Source: Fonticula alba ATCC 38817
Taxonomy: Eukaryota; Protista; Nucleariida
Assembly (NCBI GenBank): GCA_000388065.2
Contig: KB932201.1
DNA: 64,000 bases
Direction: 5' to 3' (one strand)
This document shows, piece after piece, positions 24,959-35,200 of this stretch. Positions within the stretch are counted from its first letter, which is position 1, and every line of letters begins with the position of its first letter. A program made the translations under genes and the position numbers. The notes under the pieces are model-generated. The model was not told the origin of the DNA and did not search any database. It saw only the letters and a list, made by a program, of their open reading frames with translations.

Positions 24959-25728
24959 ATGGATAAGGTTCGTGAGCGCATTGAGAAGCTTAAGCTCGAC
25001 GTCGACGACGCCGTTGAGCGCGCCGAGATTGCCGAGGAGAAGTACCGCGAGGCCACCGAGAAGGTCCGCACTCTCGAGAACGAGAACAAGGTCCTCCTGA
25101 GCAAGATTGCTCTCCTTGAGCAGGTTCGTATCCCACCTTCGCTGTTCTTTCACCGGCTCAGCCCTCCGTCCCTCCCTCGTCTCCTGGAGCCGTAAAACTC
25201 ACCTTTCCGCTCTCCCCCTTCCCCCTTTCTCCCGATGTAGGACCTCGACCGCGCCGAGGAGCGCATCCACGACATGAACGAGACCATCGGCAAGAACGAC
25301 GACGACAGTGCGTACTCCTCTTTGCCCTTTCTCCCCCTCTGCTTGTGGTGGTGGTGGTGGTGGCACGCGCCCCTCCTCTCTCCTTCTCTCTCTTCCTTGC
25401 TCTAACACCTCATCCCTTCTTCTCTCTCTCTCTCTCTTTCTGTCTCTTTCCCACTTCCGTGTGACATCACACAGAGCGCGCCAACTCCGGTCTCCTCAAC
25501 AAGATCTCCCTCCTCGAGCGCGACCTCGAGACCGCCGAGGACAACCTCCGCGACAAGACCGAGCAGTTCCAGGCTGCCGAGCACCGCGCCGACGAGAACG
25601 AGCGCCGCCTGCGCATCCTTGATGGCGAGCGCGAGGCTCTCGAGCGTGAGCTCGACCAGAAGATCGAGGAGAACGCCAAGCTCAAGGCCGAGCTCAAGGA
25701 GTTCAACGACAGCCTCCTCCTCCTCTAA
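24959..25728 (+). CDS. TPM: Tropomyosin, short fungal type (Cdc8/Tpm2-like), 3 exons, 161 aa
   Basis: Exons 24959-25123, 25241-25307, 25475-25728 = 486 nt = 161 aa, the length of S. pombe Cdc8. MDKVRERIEKLKLDVDDAVERAEIAEEK parallels Cdc8 MDKLREKINAARAETDEAVARAEAAEAK. Continuous heptad coiled coil (..NKISLLERDLETAE..). Confidence 0.92.
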
Positions 25729-26699
25729 GCGCCCACGCTTTCCCCTCCTCTCTCTCTCTCTCTCCCTCTCTCCTCCCGCCATGGGGCGTGTATGTATGTG
25801 CTTGAAAGAGACAGACGTGACCAGGCTCTGAGTCTGCGAGAGTGTTCGGTGTGCGGTCTTTGGGGTTGATCTCCTCCCCTCACTGCTCTCTTCCTTTCCG
25901 CCTCGTCCTCTTTTCCTCTCTCTTGCCCCCCCCCCTCGGATGGCACATGCTTCCTCCCCACACCCGACAGAGAAGTAGAGAGAGAGAGAGCCCACAGCTC
26001 GCCGCACTCCTCTCCATGCCCGCGCGCGCCCGTGACGACACATGTGCAGACATTGAGACAGAGAGGAGGCCTGGCCTCGCGCGCGCACATGTCTTGCTCG
26101 CGTGTGCCTTCCTCCTGTTCGTCTGCCCTCTTCTCTCCATGTGTTCTGCGTCCGTGCGTGTGGGTGTGCTGCTGCGTGCGGTGTGGCCGTGTGTGTGTAT
26201 GTATGGTTCACTGCCACGCGCCCGGGGTTCTCTCGCGCGTGTTTTCTCTTTTGTCCTTTTCCCCGACCCACATCCCTCCTCTCCCTCCCCTCCTCCCCTC
26301 CCACACAACATCCTCCCTCCAAAAAATGAGACCTTCTTCTCTCCAGATCCTCTCTCTCTCTCCCCTTAGTCGTCACACGCCCGCGCGTCGTTCCTTCCTG
26401 GCCCTGGGGAAAGGGGGAGTGAGTATGTGTGTGTGTGTGTGTGAGTATGTGTCAGGAGCGATGTATTCTCACTTTGTGGTTGTGCGGGGCCGCGCGCGCC
26501 TGTGCAGCAGCACGCGCGCGCGCTTCCTCCCCCTTGTCGTCCTCAACACCCCACCAGTTCTTCTCTGGATGTTGGATAGCCGGCCTTTATCTCTCTTGTG
26601 TCCCTCTTTCAAACATTAAATTGAACCCGCCAAAAAAGCACCCCTCTTTGTGTGTTCTTTATGCAAATGTCTGTTGTCACTCTCTCCCATGGCCCTCTG

Positions 26700-26730
<31 letters not shown>

Positions 26731-29186
26731 GTGTGCGTGTGTGCGGTGGCAAGTCGGCTTCTATTTGCCCTTCTCTCCTCCCCCTGTGCCTGCGATATCT
26801 TTTCCTATCCATCCGTTGCTCCAAAAGTCCCTAACCGCCAAGAAGAGGAGCGGCTGAGATATGCAGCTCTTTTTTGTCCTGGCGTTCGGTATGATCAATC
26901 AGCGCTTGAAGCTCTGTCACTTGCTCGAGGGCCGAATCTCCCAGCACCTGCGACCATGTCTTCCCCCGGGGGAGGGGAAATGCTTGTCTCTGGATTTTCT
27001 TGCAGAGGCGATCCGGGCAAGGGGCGGGGGAGAGGGCCCGAGGCGGGGACAAATACACAGCACACCAGGCGAAGGGGCCCTTTTGGGTGTGCCCGGGCGG
27101 AACTCGCACGACCGTGGCACCTGGCTTGGCGGCAGGCATCCACAGGAGGGGGTGGGGGGAGTGGGGGGCGGAGGGCAGCCGGGGGTAAGGATGGCCTGTT
27201 GTTCACAGGGACGGGAGTGGGAGCCGCAAAAGAGAATGTGACCTCGCCCGGAGTAGGCAGTCAAACACAAGCAAGCCTGAGCAGGTGTGTGTGTGTGTGT
27301 GTGTGTGTGTGTCTGCGGAGAGGAGGGAAGCGAGCAACTATGCTCAATTGCGGTCGCGGGGAATGAGCAGAGAAACAGCAATGATATGAGAAGACCCGTC
27401 GGATCAGGACCTGTCCCTGACGGCCGGCGTTGAGAACGAGAGCCGGATCCAGACAGGACGGAGACTCCTCGGTCAGTTGGCTGGGCCCGGAAAAAAACGA
27501 CCATGCCTCGCCTGGTTCCTTGCTCCCCCGCCCACACACGGGCGACCGGTGGAGCCAGAGGCCGGAGAGAAGGGGCGGGGGGCGGCGGGGGGGCGGCGGG
27601 GGAGAGGACAACGAACGGCTGAGAGACATTTATGGACATCGCATGTGATAAAATGATCACGCCGAAGTCAAAACACGCGATCCATGCGGGGCACCCCTGC
27701 AGTGTCTATCGGCTGGGCTCTGGTCCCGGAGTTGCTTCGCCCGGCTGGCCAAGACAGGGGGGGGGGGGGCGGGGAGCAAGCAGGGACACCCGTGGCACAT
27801 CACCCACCTTGAGGTGCCCCCACCCTCGCCGGAGGTCGCGGAGAAACGACGCGAGCACCCGAGGCGCGGGTTGGGTGTGGCCACCCGATCTGCCCGGACT
27901 GACCGAGGCTTGTCCCACCGGAGAACACACATGCATCCCTCGCAGCTGTGGCCGATGGCCTTTTTGCTACCAGCCCCCAGGGGCTCATGCGCGCCGCCCG
28001 AGGACTAGCCTGTGCCTTCCTGGGTCTGGGAGGGTGCCATGCTGCCTGAGGGCGAGGGAGGGGCCAGTGGGTGGGGAGCCGTGCGAGATCCGGACCCGGG
28101 CCTCCACGGGCGCGCGAAGGGGCCGGGATGTGGGGGAGGGCCGGGTGCCGAAGCATGTTCACGGACCTGGCGAACGCATGGCTGTCCCGAGTCCCTCCCC
28201 GCCCCCACGTTAGTCGGGGACCTGCACCAGCCACATTTCTGTCCCTTCTGCCCCCCCCCCCCCCCCCCCCNNNNNNNNNNNNNNNNNNNNNNNNNNNNNN
28301 NNNNNNNNNNNNNNNNNNNNNNNNNNNNNNNNNNNNNNNNNNNNNNNNNNNNNNNNNNNNNNNNNNNNNNNNNNNNNNNNNNNNNNNNNNNNNNNNNNNN
28401 NNNNNNNNNNNNNNNNNNNNNNNNNNNNNNNNNNNNNNNNNNNNNNNNNNNNNNNNNNNNNNNNNNNNNNNNNNNNNNNNNNNNNNNNNNNNNNNNNNNN
28501 NNNNNNNNNNNNNNNCCCCCCCCCGCCCCGTTGCGCGCCCCCCTCCGCCGGAGGCTCCGACGCACGGGGGCCTGTATCTCGGGTATATTTTGGCCGAGGA
28601 CCCGCGCTGGACAATTCCGTCGAGCCAGGTCGGGCCGATGCTCGCCGGGGGCGTGTGGGGGTGCCCGGGGTGGGGGACGTGCGGGTGCGTATACGCTCCG
28701 TGCCGGGAAGCACGCGTGTGCAAACTCGCCCGCGCCGGTCCTCGGGCCTCCTCTCGCAAGGCCCTCCCCGACTGGGGATGCCTCCCTCGACTCCAGGGTC
28801 CCCACTGCGCACCTCCACCGGGGGGACACACGCAGACACAGATTCTCACGCGTAGACACACATATATGGGGGGGACTGAGGGCATCTGAGATCTGTGATC
28901 TCGGTTGGCCTCGCTCCCCCCTCTCTGCTGCCCCCCCTCTCCCGACGAGAGCTCGACGCCCCCTCGCCCTCTCTCTCTCTCCCCCCCCCTCCCTCGCTCT
29001 CCCCCTGGTGCTTTCCTCCCTCCCCGCCGGCCCTCTTCGATCGCACGCCGGTATGTTGCCCGGCGACAGCCTGTTCCCCCTGGCCGGCCCGCCTTGCCTC
29101 TTGTGTGTTGCCTGTTTGACTCATGCTTGCGCTTCCCTCCGGGCCCGGCACCTCTTCCTCGCGCTCTGCCGCCAGGAGAATAACCC

Positions 29187-30783
29187 ATGGAGAACATCGA
29201 TGCCATCGACGTGACTGGGCATACCCCGATGCCGGTACGGCACTTCTCGGTCCCGAAGCACTATGAGACGGACCTCGAGTCGGTTCTCATCCCAAACGGC
29301 ATGATCCGCGACCGGTGCGTGCTCACCCGCTCCAGCGCATGTTCCGCCCGGCTGTGTACCTCGCCTGATGATGGCCAGCTCTAACATGCATCATTCTCCC
29401 CTCCCCCATCGCATGTTCTGATGACAGCATTGACCGTCTGGCGCGGAACATCCTCGAGGAGTGCACTCCTCACTCGGAGATCACCCTCCTTTGTGTCCTC
29501 AAGGGAGCTTACCTCTTTTTCTCGGAGATGATCAGCGTCCTGATGCGCTTGAATGTCGACCGCCCGAACCCGGTCCGCATTCATGTCGAATTCGTTCGCC
29601 TCTCCAGCTACGCCAATGACGTCTCCACCGGGCACGTCCGAATCCTCGGCCTCAATTTGGCTGGTCTTTACGGCAAGGTAAGTGCCCCTCTCGCGCGTGT
29701 GGCCGTTGTGACCGTCGCCACCTTTGCTCCTTTTGTGGGACTACATGCACATACCTTTTGCTCCTCCCCCCCGCCCCCCCCCCNNNNNNNNNNCCTCCCC
29801 CTGGCCCCCCGACGTATATCTGCACACACGCTCACATGCACCTCCCTCTCCCCCCAACAAAGCATCTCCTTATCATTGAGGATATCGTCGACACCGGGCG
29901 AAGTGCGATCGCGCTGCTTGAGGAGCTTCGTCGCACGGAGCCCGCATCCGTGCGCTTTGCCTCGCTCCTGCTGAAGAAGTCCCCACATTGGAATGGCTTC
30001 CGGCCGGACTATGTGGGCTTCATCATCCCCGATGCCTTTTTGGTGGGCTACGCGCTGGATTACAATGAGCACTTCCGTGATTTGGACCACCTGTGCATCC
30101 TCAATGACGAGGCCAAGGCCAAGTACCAGGTGTCCTTGACGAGCAATCCGATGGCTGCCCTGCTGATGTCTGGTCAGGCCGCTGCCGTGGCCGGTGTGCC
30201 ATCGTCCTCGGTCTCTGCGCATGGCCTGTCCATAGGCGGGGGGATGGCCGGGTCCGGGGTTGGCGGAGGGGCCACCCTGGCCCACCTGGCCACCGCCTCG
30301 GCTGCCTTTGCTCGTGCCTCCCCCACCCCGGGTGGTGTTACCACCGTTCAGGGTGTCCACCGGACCCTGCTGTCACATGCAGCCGCCGCCATCAAGCCTG
30401 TCGGTTTGGCCACCCTCCCGGTCAGCGTCACACGGTCCCCCTCGCCGATTACCACCTCGCCCATGGCAACCCCTGCGGCTGATGCTCCCGGCGGCGGCGT
30501 CTCGCCCGGTAGCCGGATGACCCCTGGCACCGAAACCGCCCCTGGCGGCGGCGGCGGCACCACCACCGCCACCGTTGAGGACACCGAGATGTCCATGAAC
30601 GAGTCAACCGCCTCGGCTTTGCTACTTCTCCCTTCATCGATGCCGGCGGTTTCCTCCCCCGCCACGGGCACCGAGAACCGCGTCACGGCGCCCACCACCT
30701 TCACTGGACCCACCCTGCTTGGCCCGTCTGTCGCCTCGAGCGCCTCGCGATCCGGCACTCCTGGTGGCGGTCCCGGGGCGTGA
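29187..30783 (+). CDS. HPRT1: Hypoxanthine-guanine phosphoribosyltransferase with a long low-complexity C-terminal extension, 3 coding exons, 432 aa
   Basis: Exons 29187-29314, 29428-29677, 29863-30783. Motifs FSVPKHYETDLESVLIPNGMIRDR, LCVLKGAYLFF, RLSSYANDVSTG, LLIIEDIVDTGRS and FIIPDAFLVGYALDYNEHFRDL. The frame stays open for 217 more codons after KAKYQ. Confidence 0.95.
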
Positions 30784-32106
30784 GCTTCAGTCAGGAGACT
30801 CCTTTGCTCTTCCTCCTGGCCACTTCCGTCGCCCCTCGACCTCCCTTTTCTCCCCCTCCTCTCACCATCCGCCATCCGGCCTTCACATTTTCCTGTCCCC
30901 TGGAATCCGCTCGTGTCATCGTCTTCGCTCCTCCCCCCCTCTCCCTGCCGTGCACTTTGCATCACCTGTATATTATCCATCACATGCGAGACCGCGCCCG
31001 GATCCTCGGCCTTTCCTTCACCCTATTTTACTCTCTCTCTCTCTCTCTCTCTCTCCCCCCCCCTCTCCTCCTCTTCCTCAGCCCCTCTCTTCTTTCTTAA
31101 GAGGAGGGCCTCTCCTGCACTGCAGCTCGCATGTTCTGTGCCCTCCTCCTCCCCCCCCCATCCTCGGTCATGTTCAGCGGGTTTCCTACAAGAAGACCCC
31201 CCCCCCTACACCGACCAGGGTCACTCCTTGTACAGTTATCGATAAAGGAATTACCATCCCCTGCTTTCGTTGCATGTGTGTCATCCCGGCGTTCTTTTCT
31301 CCATTCACCCTCCCTCTCATTCGCTTTTCGCTCTGCCTCCAAATCCGTCGTGTCTTCATTTTCACCGTGCTCTGCCGGGGCGGCATCCAGCGAGAGCATG
31401 ATCGCTCACAGACCGCGGGGCACCCACACGCGGGCGGGGGGGGGGGGGGGGGTAAAGGGGGACGTGCATGTGTACTCCGGCTGGAGCAGATCGAGTGGAT
31501 GCACCCACGGTCACATGATACACATTCGGTTATTTTTCAAATCGTTTCCGTCAGTTGGGTGTTGGTTGTCGCGCGACCTTTGGCCAGCGGGTCTCCAGCA
31601 TGCGCGGCCGAAAACGCATGGAAGTTCTCTTTCACGGCCATTAGGCACATCGTGTAGGTGCGTGCGAATGCACTTGTGTGATCCGCATCTCCCATTGTAG
31701 TCCACCTTTTCCACGCCCCAGCCCTCTCAAAGAAGTGGCCGTGCGCGTGTGCGTGTACGGACGGGGGGGGGGGCGGGGGGGGGGAAAGGGGGGGGACTGG
31801 GGGGGGGGGGGGGGGGGGGGGACATAGGGCCAGGATGAATGTCTTGGTCCGGCGTTCCGGGAAGTGGAAACCGTCTTTTGTTGTGACAAGGACTTCCGGG
31901 TTCCCTTTCCCGGGGGCATTCGAATGGTCATTTTTAGATTGCCCTCCTCCGCGGCGGCCCTCCGCGAGGCCTACCTCCATCACTCTTCTTGGACGCCATT
32001 CCTGCTTTGCCACCCCCTCGCACTCTCTCCGCACGCGGCCCCCTTCCTTCCTCCTCCACTTCCATACCTCCTTGTTCCTCTCCCCTTCTTCCTCCGCTCC
32101 TCCTCC

Positions 32107-32107
<1 letters not shown>

Positions 32108-32175
<68 letters not shown>
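32108..32175 (+). repeat. 68-nt poly(C) run upstream of the condensin gene
   Basis: Longest homopolymer in the window, read directly; its true length may be unreliable. Confidence 0.7.
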
Positions 32176-32243
32176 ACACCCCCCCCCCCCCCACAGAGCG
32201 CGTGCATTGGCCGGGAAGCGCCTCCCCTCTCGCCGCACCGAGG

Positions 32244-35200
32244 ATGACCTCCTTCGATCTCCAGGAGGAAGTCCGTCGCCTCCAGGAGGAGGGCGTGGAT
32301 AACTATTCTGCCACCCACCTAGCCATTCCCGGCTTCTGTGTCTCCGACGACCACAGCCTCGAGGCCCGCCTCAATGGTACGTCCCTGACACCTCTCCCAT
32401 TTGGCAATGTACGCTTTCCAACTTACACCCCCTGCTGTCCTTTCCCCCGGGCTTCCTCTCCCTGTCCGACAGAGCTCGTTGACGTCCTCGAGTCGGATCC
32501 CTGCACCCTCAATGACCACAGCCAATACTGCCTGCTGGCCGTCGTTGTCAAGTATGTCCTGTCGCCTGCCTGTGATCCCCTTAGCCCGATCTGACCAATG
32601 ACGGCCCTCCCCAGGAACCTGGCCGAACTTCGCTCCGAACGGCAGCACCAGGTGTTCGGGATCCTGACTTCGGGTGCGTTGTTTGGCCGTCGCTTTCCCA
32701 TAGCCCACACCTCATGCTGACCCCCCTCCCGTCTGTCGCTTTGTGTGCAGGCATCCGCAAGGGCACCGATGCCGCCAAGTACCAGCTTGCCCTGTCCAAT
32801 CAAACTGCCGGCGAAGCGACTGATGCCTACACAGAGCTCCTGGAACGTCTGCTCTTTCTGGCCCAGTGGGCCATCCGCCTGGTCGAGAACAATTACTCCC
32901 CAGGCGGCGGCACAGGCGCCGGGCCTACCACCGGGGCCGGGTCGGCCGCAACCGGGGGCTCGCGCGCCGGCGCCCGGCCCCGGGGATCTGGCTCTCGGGC
33001 CCAGTCGCGGGCGTCTGGCACCGGGGCCGGGCCCGGGGGTGACCTAACCGGCGCCGAGGCGGCCTGCTTCGCCGAGATCACCCGCATGATGGGCCTCATC
33101 CCCCTGGAGCGCCTTTGGCCGATGCCCCCTCGGCGACGCCTCATTGTCGACCTCCTGACAGCCCCAATCTACTCGCTGTTCGCCCGGCCAACGGCTCTGC
33201 AGCACAAGAGCCTGCGCGGCGCCATGTTCCTGGTTCTGGCCGAGTGCATCATCCGCTACAATCACAACTCCAGTATGTGCCTGCTTGGGCCTGAGTGGTG
33301 TCCTTCCCCCCCCCCCTTTTTTTTTACCCGTACTCTCCGATCATGCTTTCTGACATGGCATTTGCCTTCCCCGCGTGTGCCATGGCGCTTCCCGCAGTGG
33401 CCGTCTCCTCGATCATCCAGCTGCTGACGTACTTCTCTCACACGTCCGAGCCATTGGCCCAGCTCGTGGCCACTCTCGTGGAGAAGGGCAAATGGCACAA
33501 TACTCTCAACGATATTCTCTTGGAAATCTGCCGGCTGAATTTCACCGCGACTCAGGAGAATGTCAAGCACTTTGCTGTCTTCCTCACATCACTGGTGGAG
33601 TTCGCTCCGCATGCGGTTGCCCCACGCCTGCCCTACCTGATTAGCCAGCAGATGGACTCGCCTGTGCGTGGGGATCCTCCTCCTTCTCTGATTCCTCCCC
33701 GCGCAAGCAGATGAGACGCTGACCCCCCCCCCCTCCCCCCCTCTTTCCCCCTTGTGTATGGCGCACTTTGCCCCCCTTTGCAGGCGTACCAAATGCGTCA
33801 GGCCATGGCCGAGGTTATCGGCTGTGTCACCGAGTACCTGTTGAACAATCCCCCCCCGGGATACGACCCCAGCAACGAGCAGGGCGAGGCCACCGGCTCG
33901 GCGCCCTGCGAGCTGTCGGCCACCGAGCAGCTGGTCGATGAGCAGCCGGCCGACGAGGCGAGTGCCCCGTCGGCACCGGACTCGGCCGCTGAGGAGGGCA
34001 CTGGCGAGACTGCCTTGGCTGCATCGTCCCCGCCGGGAGGCGACATCGCGGATCTGATTGTCGATGAGACTGCCGAAGAGGCGGCCACCCCTGGCGAGGC
34101 GGGTGACGGCGAATCCCCCGAGGGCCCCGCGGCCGGCACCATCTCGCCGGCTCTGGCTCTGACCCGATACCAGCGCGATCTGGAGGACTTCCTGCACATC
34201 ATCGAGCAGCGCTTCATGGACACCAGTTCCTTCGTTCGGTCACGCATTGTCCTGTGGGCCGGGCGGCTGATGGGCAATCGCCGGCTGCCGCCGACGCAGC
34301 GGGCTCGCTTCGCCGAGGCTGTCTACAGCCGGCTGATGGATCGGTCGAGCATCACCCGGCGGTCTGGCCTGCAGACCCTATGCCGGCTCTTGGCGCAGGT
34401 GAATGGTCCGGCCGATGTGGCGGTAGTGGCGCGCCATGGCCCGCTGTCGCCGGCTCTGGCCCGCAGCCTTGAGCGCATTGACCAGGTGTTTACCGATGCC
34501 GTGGAGCATGCGGTCCTGATGCTCAACTCGTCCTTCAAGACCGATGTCATCGAGGCCATTTCGCTCATTGTGGCGGCCTGGGAGCATGGGGTGTCGGCCT
34601 CGCGCGCGGCCGCCCGCAGCATGGTGCACCTGGTGTGGGCCCGCCACATTGACCACTCTCCGGCGCCAACCGGGTCGGCGGATGCCGAAGAGTCGGCCGG
34701 GGGGTCTGGATCCTCGGCCTCCGGCAAATCGGTCAAGGATCACCTGGTGGATGCCTACCTGAAGTTGTACTTCTCCCCGTCGCGGGCCCTCGCTCCGCTG
34801 GAGTCCGCGGCGCATGTTGTCCGTGGTCTTTTTGGCTTGGTCAATGAAATGACCTCGGCCGAACTGTCCTCCCTGGAGGAGCTCTTTGTGCTGATCAACG
34901 AGCGCAATGTGTCGGCTCGCACGCAGATCCTCCCACGCGACATGGAGCGTGTTCTTTGGACGTATTTCACATCGTCGCTGCCGGATGCCGGGCCAAATGC
35001 GCCGGATGTCAACCTCCCGGAGTTCCGCCGTTGCTCCATCATCATCCTCAGCATGCTGGCCCACACCCCATCCCAGGCGGCGGATATGTTCCTCCCTCGA
35101 CTGGAGGCCATCAGCCAGGTGGGCCTGGCTGCTGGCCGGCCCGAGTCGATGACCACCACCCCCGCCACTGGCACCGGCATCCTCCCTGAGGATGGCGGGG

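Noticed and set aside
27466-27908. 11-bp inverted repeat CCTCGGTCAGT / ACTGACCGAGG about 420 nt apart
   Set aside because: Short enough to be expected by chance; no target-site duplication or other sign of a MITE.
29366-29421. Box C (TGATGA) and box D (CTGA) pair in HPRT intron 1 suggesting a snoRNA
   Set aside because: Only 56 nt apart, no terminal stem, box D overlaps the 3' splice region, and no evident rRNA antisense element.
31760-31825. G-run clusters here and elsewhere as functional G-quadruplexes
   Set aside because: G/C runs are ubiquitous in this window, and at least one (40880-40892) looks like a sequencing artefact, so no individual run can be singled out.
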